Assembly (NCBI RefSeq): GCF_020745735.1
Contig: NC_083409.1
Span: forward strand, 10,700,978-10,764,977
Length of the DNA: 64,000 nucleotides
Reading direction: 5' to 3'
Source: Hemiscyllium ocellatum
Lineage: Eukaryota
In this document: one piece after another, positions 35,501-48,727 of the stretch
How positions within the stretch are numbered: the stretch's first letter is position 1
Layout of the letters: each line of letters begins with the position of its first letter
Program-made: the position numbers and the translations under genes
The notes under the pieces: model-generated
The model's database searches: none
Seen by the model: the letters and a program-made list of their open reading frames with translations, nothing else
Told to the model about the DNA's origin: nothing

Positions 35501-38490
35501 GAAGAGAAGGATGTGGAAGCATTTTTCATGTTGTTTCAGAAGATAGCAACACAAGTGAGGTGGGAAAAACAGGTTGGACCTTGCCCGTGCAAAATGAACT
35601 TGAGAAGCACAAGAGGTTTCTACATCCCTGTCAGAGGAATGTTCTCGGGATCATGAGGAAGTGAAATCGGCTATTCTAAGCACATATGAGTTGGCCCCAG
35701 AAACATACAGACAGATGTTTCAGAACTTACACAAACAGCCTGGACAAACCTCTACTGAGTTTAAGAGAGTTTAACAAAATAATATTGACAGGTGGATAAG
35801 AGCATTAACAGCTGAGAATACTTACAATGCTCTCAGAGAAGTTATATTTTGAGAAGAATTTAAAGCTTCCTTCCCTTCTAGAGTTAGAAATTAATGTCGA
35901 AGACCAAAGGGAACGACAGCAAGACAAACAGCTAGAATGGCTGATGATTGTAGACTTTGTTAAAACCAAAACCCTGCAGATGCTGGAATCCAAAGTAGAC
36001 AAACAGGAGGCTGGAAGAGCACAACAAGCCAAGCAGCATCAGGAGGTGGAGAAGTCACCTGATGGGAGATTAATCCAGAAACCTTTTTCCCATCAGGCCC
36101 AGAAATGGGAGAAAAATAAAAATTGGGAGAGTGTGAGGATGGAAGGTAGCCAGGGGAGAGAAGGGTCAGGAGGGAACAGCCCAAGAACTCCTCCTCAGAT
36201 TAAGGAGGAAATTGCTGAGGGTGGAAGTGATGATCAGAAGCTGAAATGTTTCTCTTGGAATAAGGTGGGCCATGTATGTTTGGAATGTTGGAAGTTGTGA
36301 GGTAAACCCAGGGGATTTATGGGAGTTAGTAAAATGAATCAGAGAAGGGAACACAAACTGACAATCCCACAGAGCAGGTTGTAGCTGTAACTATAGCAAA
36401 AAGGCCGGAGGTGAATTATGTCATGAGTAAAGGAAGTTGTCAGGTAGATGAGAGGTGGACAGGACTTTTATCAAAAGGAATGGTGACTCCTTTTTCTTCA
36501 GCTAAACCCAGAACCAAACTGAGAGATACAGGAGCAACACAGTCACTTTTACTGGAGAAAAAATTGATTTTCCCTCCAGAGAGCTCAATGGGAGCTAATG
36601 TATTAATCAATGGGATTGGTGGAGAATATGTTCCACTTCCATTGTATACAGTACAACTGGAATGTGATTTGTTATCAGGAGAAGAAATTGTCGGAATGTG
36701 AAAACATTCCCTGTTGAAGGAGTCGATTTCCTTCTGGGGAATGGTTTGTCAGAACTAAAGGCAGTAGCTTCCCCGATAATTACAGAATGTCCAAAGGAGG
36801 GCCAAGAAACAGAACAATGACAGGAACAGGTTCCTGGTCTCTCTCCTTCGTGTGAGGTAACCAGGGCAATGGTTAAACAAAATCCATCAATAAGGGTTGA
36901 TGTGACAAGACAGCAAGTGAAAGGATCGCTGAAACGTTCCAAAAGGGTGAAGATAATCCAGGTGGAGTGGTTGGTATGATGTCACTAATTCCAGCAGATC
37001 CAAAAAGCAGATCCTGAATGAAATAAATGAGCACAGTCAGCTCATAATGAGGTCAAGGCTGAAGGAGTTTCAGAGTGTTATTGTGTTCAGAATGGAGCGC
37101 TGATGAGGAAGTGGAGACCCCCTCAAAGACCCCCAGAAGAATGGTCGGTTAGACATTGGCTAGTGGTCCCACCCAGCTATCAGAGGGAGATAGTACAAGG
37201 GGCACATGAGACTTTTATGGCAGGTCACATGGGGATTTGGAAAACACAGGCATTCAGAAACAGGTATTTTACTGAGCTACAATTGGATAAAGATGTGGTG
37301 CAGTTTTATAAAACGTGTCTTACTTGTCAAGTTATAGGTAAACATCAATACAAAACCAGCATCCTTAATTCCTTTCCCAGTTTTTGAGGAACCATCCCGT
37401 CATGTACAGGTTTGTCAAGTAGTGAGTATAATAGAGGAGGGGATCAGAAAAAGCTTGAGATCAAAAAAGACCTGGACACTTCCCAAAGTAAACTTCCTGT
37501 TATTAGATGAACAAATTCAGAGATATTTGAGACTTCAGACACAATTTTTGTATCTGGAGAAAGATCAACAGGTAGATTTAGTGAGGCTGCTCAGACAATA
37601 CAAAGATGTTTGTATGAGGAGTCATTGAGGACTTTGGTTCTGTCCTTGATGGAGCTTAGAAAGATGAGAGGGAATGTAATTGAAACTTACAGAATACAGG
37701 GTGGCCTGGATAGAGTGGACATGGAGGAGATGTTTCTAATAATAGGAGAGTTGGAGACCCGAGGGAACAGCCTCAGAGTGAAGAGATGATCTTTCGAACT
37801 GAGTTGAGAAGGACTTTCTTCAGCCAGAGTGTCATTAATCTGTGGAACTGCAGAGGGCCTTGGAGACCAATTCGTTGAGTGTATTTAAGACAGAGATAGA
37901 TTGGCTCTTGATTGGTCAAGGGATCAAGATTTACAGGGAAAAGGGAAGAGATTGGGGCTGAGAAACATTATCAACTGTAAATGACCAGACATGATGGGCC
38001 AAATGGCCCAATTCTGCTCCTTTATCTTGTGGACTTGTATTGATACACTTAGATCTATCACATGAATCAAATATAACATGAATTTGGTAATTCAGACAAA
38101 ATAAAACAAAAACCAACCGAAACCGGCAATGGAACAGAGGGCTTCCATGTTGGAGAATCAGCTGATTGAACCATATCAGAGTAATTGGAGTTCTCCTGTA
38201 GTATTGGCTCCTGAACCAAACTGTTCAATTTAATTCTGTGTAGACTTGAGGAATCTGAGTCTCGTCATAAAACCAGATTCATTCCCTATTCCCAGCTGAG
38301 AAGGTTGTATAAAGAGGGTTTGTAGCATATCATTCTTGTATAAAATTGATTTGTTAAAAGGATGTTGACAAGAACTCACTGATAACTAGAACTAAGCGAG
38401 TTTCTGTATTTATCACACCTAATGGATTATACCCAATGGCAGGTTTTGCTCTGTGGACTTAACAACTCTCCAGGCACATTTGAATGATTA
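35500..38490 (+). mobile_element. Gmr1-type Ty3/Gypsy LTR retrotransposon remnant (gag-PR-INT-RT order)
   Basis: SCAN-like gag EEVKSAILSTYELAPETYRQMF; degenerate knuckle CFSWNKVGHVCLEC; protease LRDTGATQSLL; integrase zinc finger AHETFMAGHMGI...TCLTCQ; then RT LIEPYQSNWSSPVVL...FCVDLR...KIDLLKG at 38147-38480. Confidence 0.88.
37630..38060 (+). mobile_element. CR1 3' fragment inserted in the Gmr1 remnant
   Basis: CR1 RT C-terminus and 3' UTR motifs. Confidence 0.8.
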
Positions 38491-38896
38491 TTGTGAAAGT
38501 GAACAAGGTCACACTCCCCCACATTACACTCCATCTGCCCAATATTTCTTCAAAGCCCAGCTGTATCTAATATTCAGCAGGATGGATCTTCACTGAGAAA
38601 TAACCATTTGTAACTAGAATAATGATATCTCTGAGAATCATATTAATAATTGTTTTTATTGAAGCTTTCATAAGTTCTGTGTTGATTGACACAATGCTCT
38701 GGTTTGGGCTTTGCTGTCTGTACAAATCATCTGTCATGTCTTTGCTGCAATGGTTCACATTTACATCATCAAACTCACACTCCAAATATCCCGTCATTAT
38801 TCTCCATGGGATTCACTGGCATTGGCTCAGATCGAACTCCCAGCAGCTGAAATGGAGGGAGGGATACGGCTTAGAGAGCAAGAGATGGAGCACAGG

Positions 38897-38925
<29 letters not shown>
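38897..38925 (+). repeat. (GA)n microsatellite
   Basis: Direct reading. Confidence 0.95.
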
Positions 38926-38929
<4 letters not shown>

Positions 38930-39129
38930 CAATGAAGCACTAAAAGAGAGGGGGATAGACCTTGGACAGAGAAAGAGGTTTGGAATTCAGAGTGAGATCT
39001 ATGCAGCTGAGTTAGAGAGGGGTGGGGAGAGTGAGTGAGTGAGAGAGATGGAGTCAAGGAGTTCTATGTCAAAGATAAATTATACTCTGTTAAAGATTGG
39101 ACTGGATGAATGCTGACTCTCTGACTCTA

Positions 39130-42100
39130 TGAACACTACCTAGAAAGCTGCCTAACTTTGTGTCATTAGCAAACTAGAGTATCTGACTTTCTATGTCATT
39201 ATCCAGTGCATTAATAAATAATATAAATAATTGAGGTGTGCGCACACATTCCTATTGAACACCACTGGTCACATCCTGCCAATTTCAGCAGTTACCCATT
39301 ATCTCTGTTTTCTGTCACCTGTCACTCAACCAATTTCGGTATGGCAGTATTTTAGCCTCAATTCTGTGGATTTCTAACTGAGTTGAACAGTTTCTTACAT
39401 GGGATTTTATCAAATGCCCTCTGGAAGTGCCTATAAACAACATCCATTGACATTACTGTCTCCAGTAATTTTGTTTCCTCTTCAAAAATGTTCAATGAGA
39501 TTTTTCACCATGACCAACTTGTCATGAATCCTTGCTGATTCTCCCTGATTAACTGATCATTTTCAAGGTCTTCAGTTACCCCCATCCTTGATTATAGACT
39601 ACAACAATTTCCACACCACAAACGTTGGCTTAATGACCTGTAATTCCCTGGCTTTTCTCTGACATCTTTGTTAAATGTGAAATGAAATTTGCAATTTTCC
39701 AGTTCAGAGGTACGACTCCTGAATCCAGGTAACTCTGAAAGATTATAGTCAGGGTGTCTGCAATGTGGTTTATTACTACTTTTTCACCCTCAGGTTCTGA
39801 GGATTTGTCACTCTTTAGTTCCATTATTTTCCTTATTACACATGTTCTATTGACATTAACTTTATTGAGGTGACACAGTGGTTAGCACTGCTGCCTCACA
39901 GCACCAGAGTCCCAGGTTCAATTCCAGCCTTGGGCAATTGCCTGTGTGGAGTTTGCACATTGTCTGCATGGGTTTCCTCCTACTATCCAAAGATGTGCAG
40001 GTCAGATGAATTGGTCATACTAAATTGCCCATAGCGTTAGGTGCATTAGTCAGAGGGAAAATGGGTCTGGGTGGGTTACTCTTCGGAGGGTCGGTGTGGA
40101 CTGGTTGGGCCAAAAGGCATGTTTGCACACTGCAGGGAATCTAATCAGTCCCTGACACAGATCCTCTGTTAATTCCTTTGGGACTTCAGGCAAGTCCTCT
40201 TCCTTTTCTACTGCAAATCTTGAGGTAAAGTATTTATTTAACATGGCTGTCATTTCCCCATTGTCACTGACAATATCCCTCACTTTCAGTCTTTAATGGC
40301 CAACATTGCTCCTGACCTCCCAGCTTCCCTTTTATGGAACTGTAACATTTCTCCTGATTGATTTTGTTACATGTTTCCTTTCAGAATCCCTTTTGGTAGC
40401 TCTTAGAAGCTGATATGTGGCCCTTTTGTATCCTTCCCATTCAGCGGAATCTGTCCTTATTTTTTGCTTTTCTATAAGCCTTTTTTAACATTTTATTCTT
40501 TCCCGTATCTCTTTAATTGACCATTGTTGTTTGTTCGCTTTTCCCTCTCAGGTATAAAGTAGCTTTGTTTTGTGTTGAATGTTCCTTTAAATATTCCCCA
40601 CTGTTCTTCAGTTGTTTTACCCATGAGCTGATTTTCCCAGTTTATTGTGGACAGTTTCTGTCGCATCTTGTTAAAGTCGGCCCTTACCTTAATCTCAAAA
40701 TCGAGCAGCTGATTCATTCTTTTTACTTTCAAATGCGACACTGAACTAGATCATGTTATGATCACTATTTGATAAATGTTCATGCACAAATAGTTACGAA
40801 CTAAATCTGGCTCATTATTCATTACTAATTCCAATATTGCTTGTCCACTTGTTGTATCCAGGACCTATTGCTGTTGGAAACTATTCTGGACACACAGCAG
40901 CAATTCACTACCTTTCTGACAGAGGGCTTGTCTGTCTCCCAATCTAAGTTAAAGTTAAACTTCCCCATTAATAATACACTGGCTTTGCTACACACTTGTC
41001 TAATTCCTCCATTTATATAATCCAGCACCTCAGAGCTGCTGTCAGGGGGGTCTGTATCCAACATCTACTACAGTTTTAGATCCTTTCCTGCTCCTCAGTC
41101 CCACTGAATGTTTTCCCCTCATTATGACCTCCCTCACCATTGAAGCCATTTTTTCCCTCATCAATGAAGCTGCTCCACCTCTTCTGCCATTTCCCATATC
41201 CATCCTGTGAACCTTCTAACCCGATAGATATCGTTCCCAATCTGAATGATTCTGCAACTATGGCTCAGTAATTGATCCGGTACCACAATCTTAAATTGAA
41301 TTTGTGCCTGCAGATTATTGTATTTATTCCTTACGCTCCGTGCATTCGTATGTAGGACTCTTATTTGGTCCATTCACTGGACTCTGTTCCTCAGCACTGA
41401 TGCTGTACTCACCTCTTTCTTATTTCTCTCCATCTGTCTAATCAATATCCTTCTGATAGCTTTCCAGATATTGTCCAAATAGGGCCTTCTGCCGATTTTT
41501 GCTGATGTTGTTGGTCCCAACACAGACAACAACAACTGGATCCTCAACCGCCCCCACCCCCATTCCCCACCCCACCCCCCCACCCCCCAAGTCTGTTATA
41601 CTTAAAAGCCGGCTCGAGATGCCCTTACCTTGAAACCAGGCAGGCAAACACGCCATGTGGGGCTCTCAATCCTGCTCACAAAGGATGCTATCAGTTCCCC
41701 TCATTATCAAGACCCCTCTTTTCTTTATGCTCCCCCAATCTGAGTGGCCTCCTGGACCATGGTGCAGTGGTTTCCTTCGTTCATTCATAGGAAATGGACA
41801 TCTCTGGCCAAGCCAGCAATGACTGCCCTTAGGAGTCATCGAATCATAGAATCCATACCGTGTGAAACAGGCCATTCAGACCAATGAGTCCACACCAACA
41901 TTCTGAAGAGCATCCCACCCAGACTTGTCTCCCTACCTTATCCCTGTAAATCTGCATCTCCCATGGCTAATGCACCTAACCTACACATCCCTACATTTTC
42001 CCCAGTTTAGACATTATAATTTCTGCTCTATCTTTATCTTTTTATATAATGACTTTGAAACTTACAGAGTTATGGTCACTATCACCAAAATCCTCAAACG

Positions 42101-42470
42101 ACATTTGCCCATTCTCCCGACAATCCTTTTCCTCATTGACACAGGGAGCAAGTCCCTCATTCCTGTTGGACAAGGAGCTGAGGCACCTGTAAGGCTAAAT
42201 CCAGGCTGCATCGACCTGTTCACTTTTGGTCACACCCTCCTGTCCCTGACCACTGGCCATAATTTGAAGTATTTAACCTACAAGGTGTGACTGTCTCCCC
42301 AAACACAGTGCCCAGGTAACTCTCCCCCCCCCCTCCCGGTGTGTTGCAGTGTTTGAAGCTCAGATTCCAGCTCATCAACTCTGAGCTGGAGTGCCTTGAG
42401 CAACCAACACTTGCTGTAGATGTGGTCACTCTGAGCTACAATGGGCTCCACCACCTTCCCCATCGTACAA
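39130..42470 (-). mobile_element. Degenerate CR1 LINE from ORF1 5' end to RT, with a nested SINE
   Basis: MCSNCTM...SKCWLLKALQLRVDELE (ORF1 start); VCVGTNNI; LHTNARSVRNK (EN); MGKFNF. Confidence 0.85.
39868..40146 (+). mobile_element. HE1/V-SINE
   Basis: ACAGTGGTTAGCACTGCTGCCTCACAG, GGTTCAATTCC, partial V-domain, AATCTAATC tail. Confidence 0.88.
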
Positions 42471-43049
42471 TTACTACACATCGCCCGGCCCTGTATGTGG
42501 AAATTATTTGAGGAGTTTTTAATTTATATTTTAAAATTTGCTGCTGGTCTTTAGTTTTTAATCTGTAAAATATTTCCGTCCAGGAGACAGAGAATGTGCC
42601 AGCACAGGAGGAGGCTGTTCAGCCCCTCGTGTCAGTGCTAGCTGTTTACGAACCTCAATCACAATGAACATCTCCATTGAATGTCTGTTGTCAGGAAGTG
42701 ATTGAGTCTGTTTTTAGAGACAGAATAACGGACAAATATGAACTGGTCCGAGAGAGTCAGCCTGGATTGACAAAGGTTCAGACATCTTTAACTAACCGGA
42801 TTACACTTTGTTAGGAGCTCACTAATGTGGGATATAAGGGAATGTCGATGGCTATTGTCTATAGGGAATTCCAAAAGATATTTAAGAATGTTCCACAAAA
42901 GAAACATTGATTCAGATCTTACACTCCACAACCATCTGATGAAGGAGCAGCGCTCCAAACGCTAATGCTTCCAAACAAACCTGTTGCATTAGAATCTGGT
43001 GTTCTGTGATTTTTAACATTTACATAACAGTCCAACACCGGCATCTCCA

Positions 43050-44000
43050 AATCATGGAATTGGATGGAATTTGAGAAATGCATTTACGTTGGGTCAGGAA
43101 TGAGTCTGTCTAGCAGACAGAGAGGAAGGATAATGTGCATGTGTTCCAATGAGCCAGATGTGAGTAGTGGTATTCCCAGGGATCTGTGCTGGGACCACAG
43201 CTTTTCACGATATTTCTCAGTGACTTGGATGAAGAAACAGAGAGCCGTATATCCAAGATTATTGATCACACTGAGTGAGGCAGCTTGGAGGAGGTCACAG
43301 AGATAGGGAGGGTGGAACAACAGGGAGCAGATTGAGAACAAGGATGGGAATTTGAAAATCGAGGTGTTGCTGGACCAGGAGCTGATGTCAGTCAGCTAGG
43401 ATTGTGTCGGTTATAGTGGGGTGGGGAGGCATGGGCAGGAGTATGGGGTGGACTTGGTGTGAGTTTGAACACAGACAGCAGAGTTTGGAATGAGTTGATG
43501 TTTACGGAAGTCAGTGGCTGTGATGTGGGCCTGGATAACATTGGAATGGTCTCAAAAACATGGTTGAGATTTTCAGTGGCTGATAATTGTGATGTGGAGG
43601 ATTTGGGCCTCAAATCAGCCCCAAAGATGAGGCCAAAGTTGTAAAGAGTCTGGTAGAGCAGCAGACAGTGCTCAGGGAGAGGGATGGAGTTTGTACCGGG
43701 AGCTGAAGAGGATGGCTTTGATCTTCCAATGTGTTTCCCAGTGAGCCTGGCTCCTCAGTCCTGACTGCTCTTAGCTGCTGTGATTGTCACTGATTGGACA
43801 CTTATTATTAGAGATTCTGACCACAGCAGAAAGCCCCAGTGTAAAAAATAACTGCAAAGACTGTCAGAGTACAAGGTTGAAACTTCACCAAGAGAGGAAG
43901 TGAAAGAAGGAGCTCGGAGCAGTTGGGTGTTTGTTACTGAGAGGGGAGAAAACTGTGAACCGTCTGCACTCCCTGGAATCTGACAGCACAGGAGGAGGCC
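43050..44000 (-). repeat. Inverted paralog of 19975-20880 (V-upstream flank)
   Basis: Shared unique core plus the same adjoining L2/CR1 fragments with the same junctions. Confidence 0.92.
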
Positions 44001-44259
44001 ATTCAGCCCATCATGCCTTTGAATGATCCAGTTAATCCCACTGCTCCCCTCTCTTCCCCGTAACCCAGCAAATCTTTCCTTTACAGCTCAATCTCCAATT
44101 CCCTCTATAAACCTCATGTCCACAGAGTGAGACTGCCCTGAACCTGGGCTTCAAATTGGCATCTCATTCATTCATTGGGAGACAAACTGCCTGGGCTGGG
44201 AAATGGAGTTCAGTACCCTGAACATTCCCTCTCCCCTCCTGAGGGACACTTCATTTGGT

Positions 44260-46200
44260 TTTGCATATTCACTTGTGGGAAGTGGGCTTCACCGGCTGGG
44301 CCAACATTTTTTACCCTGTCCTAGTTGCCCTGGAGTAGGTGGTGGGAAGCTGCCATCTTGAATTGTTGTCGTCTACAAGCTGTAAGTTGACCCACAATGC
44401 CAGCATTTTAACCCAGCAAGGCTGAGGGATCAGCGACATATTTCCAAGTCCGGATGCTAAGCTTTTTCGAGGGGAACTTGCAGCTCAGTGTTCCCATGTA
44501 TCTGCTGCTCTTGTTCTAAATGGAAGTGAACGTGGGTTGGAGGGAAACCAAAAGAACTGCAGATGCTGTAAATCTGAGACAAAAATAGAAAGTGCTGGAA
44601 AAGCTCAGCAGGTCTGGCAGCATCTGTGAAGAGAAATCAGAGTTAATATTTCATGCTCAACCAGAAATGTCAATTCTGATTTCTCTCCAAGATGCTGCCA
44701 GACCTGCTGAGCTTTTCCTGCATTTTTATTTTTGTCCATGGGTTTGGAAGGTGCTATCTGAAGATCGGTGATGAATTTCTGCAGTGCATCTTATCATTCA
44801 TATACACACTGCTGCTATGGAGCGTCAGTGACGGTGAGTTTGGATGCTTTGAGAATGCGATGCCAATCAAGGAGTTTGCTTTGCTCTGGATGGTATCAAG
44901 TTTTTTGAGTGGATAAGAAAAGACATAGGATACAATCGACATAGATAGGAATGGGTTTCAAGGGATATGTGTGAAATGCAGGCAAATAAGATGAGTTCAC
45001 TTCAGAAAACCTGGTCAGCATGTAGAAGTTTGGCTTAAGGGTTTGTTTCTGTGCTGTATGACTCTGTGACACTATCAATCTATGAATGTTGTTGGAGCTG
45101 CACCTGTCCAGGCAAGTGGGGAGTATTTGCTCACACTCCTGACTTGGTTGACAGCTTTGGGGATCAGGAGGTGAGTTACTGGATGCAGTATTCCTAGCCT
45201 CTAACTTGCTCTTGTAACCACTGTGTTTCTTTGGTGAATCCAGTTGTGTTTCTGGTCAATGGCACCTCAAGAATGTTCATAGTGGGGATTCAGTGATGGT
45301 AATAGCATTGATTATCAAGGGGCTATGTTTAGATTGTCTTTATTGGTGATGGTGATTGGCTGGCATTTGCATGGCACCAATGGGAAATGTCACTTCTCAG
45401 ACAAAACCTGGATATTGTCCAGATATTGTTGCATTTGCACGTGGACTGAACTTCAGTATCTGGGAGTTGGGAGAGTGCTGAGCATTGTGCAATACGAGTT
45501 TGCCTTGAGTTGCATATCTGTTCGGGGTCTGTCCTATTTAGTACGGTGATAGTACCACACAACACAATGGAGGGGATTCTCAATGTGAAGGTCAGACTTT
45601 GTTTCCACAAGGACTGTGTGATGGTCACTCTTACCAATAATGTCAAGGACAGATGCATCTACAGCCACAAGATTGGTGAGGATGGGGTCAAGCATCTTTT
45701 TCCATCTTTTGGTTCCAGCTGCAGAGCCAGTCCCTCAGCTACATCCATGAGGAACAACCAGCTCGATCAGTAATGCTGCTGCCGAGCCACTCTCAGTGGT
45801 AGAGACATGAAACCCCCCTCAGTGTACACTCTTGCTGTCATCACCCTCAGTGCTTCCTCCAAATATTGTTTCAACATCAGGAGAGACTGATTCATCAGCC
45901 GATGGGAGCAAGATATCTTGTAATCACCAGGAGGTTTCCTCGCCCATGTTTAACCTGGTGTCATGAGTCTTTATAGGGTCCAGAGCCAACTTTGAGACTT
46001 CCCAGGGTAACTCCCTTCTGCTGCAGACCACTGTGTCATCAGCTCTGGGGTCTGCCTTTTGGTGGGACAGGACACATGCAGGGACAGTGATGGTGGGGTC
46101 TGGGACATTGTCTGTAAGGTGTGGTTCTGTGAGTATGGCTGTGTCAGGCTGTTGCTTGAGTCATCTGTAAGAAGCTCTCCTGAATTTGGCACTAGCTCCA
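44260..46200 (-). mobile_element. Second CR1/L2-group LINE family fragment (also at about 19260-19810, 49600-49960, 61660-61990)
   Basis: LTLHSSSVYMNDKMHCRNSSP RT end; EN-like LTLRIPSIVL...; mutual similarity among the listed copies. Confidence 0.6.
44578..44736. repeat. Near-perfect hairpin (about 74-bp arms, 11-nt loop) from Penelope-like termini
   Basis: GACAAAAATAGAAAGTGCTGGAAAAGCTCAGCAGGTCTGGCAGCATC ... GATGCTGCCAGACCTGCTGAGCTTTTCCTGCATTTTTATTTTTGTC. Confidence 0.85.
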
Positions 46201-46451
46201 GATGTCAGTAAGGAGGACAGAGCAGGGTAGACAGGACTGTTTCTGTCATTGTCTTTTCGGTGTCTAGATCGATGCCTGTGGTTCTCATTTCTTTGTTGAA
46301 ACATTGTCATAATTGATACAACTGAGAGCCTTGCTCGGCCATTTCAGAGGGCACTAGAGAGTCAACCACATTGCTAGAGGACAGTGCCGTGTACCTCGGC
46401 AGTACATTCCGACCTCCCCACTTCCCCATTCTGTATATGGAAGGCGGAAGC

Positions 46452-46464
46452 NNNNNNNNNNNNN
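46452..46464. other. Assembly gap, 13 N
   Basis: Run of 13 N. Confidence 1.
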
Positions 46465-47105
46465 TTCAATGATAAACTGGTTCCACTTTCTGCTGTCATA
46501 TTCTGTAGCCCCTGGGCCATCTCAGTGACAACCATCCAGGGCTCAGGGTGGATTCCAGAGCATCTCATTATCCTGACTGTTGTGTTCCTCAGTCCACATG
46601 TGGCTCCAGCAATCTCACTCCATGGTTCTCGTATCAGTGGGAACCATGGGGCTGAAATCTTATCCAAACAGAATCTCATACAGCAGGGAGGCTGCTGGTG
46701 GATCAGAACCCCTTGGATTCAGTCCAGATTCCCACTGTGGCTCTTTCATTCAAACACAGCATTAGCACTTGACACCACATTCAGAGGGCAATCCTGAGAT
46801 GGGGCCAAGTTTGGTTCTTGATTCCAATGTGAGGAAATGGGGGCTGGGTGTGAAATGTCTAGTCTGAAACTGGTGGGGTACTTTATAATGAAGAATAGAA
46901 ACTGATGTCAGAATAAAGTCAGGTGTTGATGGAGTGAGGAATATCTCAGTGATCTGTCTCCAGAATCCACAGCCTACACACATCCTTCTGTCAGACCCTG
47001 AGGCTGAGAAACAGCTCCTTGACATCTAACATTTCTCAACTTTCCCAGAAATGGTGAAATATTTTCTTTGTCAGTGATTCCTGGGACAGGACATATTAAA
47101 AAGTG

Positions 47106-48727
47106 CATTTTAGAATGGATGGATTGAAGATGGCATTGAAGTTATGTAGGGAAGAGGTTTGGAATACTGGAAAGGATGAAAATAGATAAGTCTCCTGGGC
47201 CTGATGGTTTTATCCTAGGATCCCTCTGGGAAGCTAGGGAGGAGATAGCAGAGCCATTGGCCTGGATTTTTATGTTGTCATTGTCAACGGGAATAGTACC
47301 TGAAGACTGGAGGATGGCGAATGTGGTCCCCTTGTTCAAGAAGGGGAGTAGGGATAGCCCGAGTAACTATAGGCCGTGAGTCTGACTTCTGTGGTGGGCA
47401 AAGTCTTAGAGAGAATTATAAGGGATAAGATTTATGAACATCTGGATAGGAATAACGTGATCAAGGATAGTCAGCATGGTTTTGTGAAGGGCAGGTCGTG
47501 CCTCACAAACCTTATTGAGTTCTTTGAGCAGGTGACTAAGGAGGTGGACGAGGGTAAAGCAGTAGATGTTGTGTATATGGATTTTAGTAAGGCGTTCGAT
47601 AAGGTACCCCATGGTAGGCTAATGCAAAACTACGGAGGTATGGCATTGAGGGTGCATTAGAGGTTTGGATTAGAAATTGGCTGGCTGGAAGGAGACAGAG
47701 GGTAGTAGTTGATGGTATAGGTTCATCTTGGAGTGCAGTTACTAGCGGTGTACCTCAAGGATCTGTTTTGGGACCATCGCTTTTTGTTATCTTTATAAAT
47801 GATCTAGAGGAGGGGCTTGAAAGCTGGGTGAGTAAGTTTGCGGATGACACAAAAGTCGGTGGAGTTGTGGATAGTGAGGAAGGATGTGGCAGGTTACAGC
47901 GGGATATAGACAAGTTGCAAAGCTGGGCAGAAAGGTGGCAATTGGAATTCAATGTAGCTAAGTGTGAAGTCATTCACTTTGGTAGGAGTAACAAGAAGAT
48001 GGATTACTGGGCTAATGGTAGGCTACTTGGTAGTGTGGATGAGCAGAGGGATCTTGGTGTCCATGTACACAGATCTCTGAAAGTTGCCACCCAGGTAAAT
48101 AGTGCTGTGAGGAAGGCATATGGTGTACTGGGCTTTATTGGCAGAGGAATTGAGTTCCGGAGTCCTGAGGTCATGTTGCAGTTGTATAAGACTCTGGTGC
48201 GGCCTCATCTGGAGTATTGTGTGCAGTTTTGGTCGCCATACTATAGGAAGGATGTGGAGGCATTGGAACGAGTGCAGAGGAGGTTTACCAGGATGTTGCC
48301 TGGTATGGTAGGAAAATCGTATGAGGAAAGACTGAGGCACTTGGGGCTGTTCTCATTGGAGAAAAGAAGGTTTAGGGGAGATTTGATAGAGGTGTACAAG
48401 ATGATTAGGGGTTTAGATAGGGTAGACACTGAGAACCTTTTACCGCTAATGGAGTCAGCTGTTACAAGGGGACACAGCTTTAAATTAAGGGGTGGAAGGT
48501 ATAGGACAGATGTTAGGGGTAGATTCTTTACACAGCGGGTTGTGAGTTCATGGAATGCCCTGCCAGTAGCAGTGGTGAACTCTCCCTCTTTATGGTCATT
48601 TAAACGGGCATTGGATAGGCATTTGGAAGTTATTGGGCTAGTGTAGGTTAGGTAGGATTCGGTCGGCGCAACATTGAGGGCCGAAGGGCCTGTACTGCGC
48701 TGTATTTTTCTATGTTCTATGTTCTAT
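47106..48727 (+). mobile_element. Young 5'-truncated CR1 (HER1-like) LINE
   Basis: RT spread over ORFs 47176-47379, 47376-47660 and 47768-48646 (QGSVLGP, FADDTK, LEYCVQFWSP); (TTCTATG)n tail; 3' end resembles the SINE tail GGCCGAAGGGCCTGT. Confidence 0.96.

Noticed and set aside
35655-35666. Third GAGGAAGTGAAA (EICE-like) site
   Set aside because: Lies in Gmr1 gag codons E-E-V-K; kept only as a caution about chance matches.
46380-46451. CpG-rich 70 bp at the contig end before the gap
   Set aside because: Too short to classify; the ORFs spanning it are artefacts of reading through N's.
47768-48646. Longest ORF (292 aa) as a host gene
   Set aside because: C-terminal part of CR1 ORF2 reverse transcriptase in a 5'-truncated copy.
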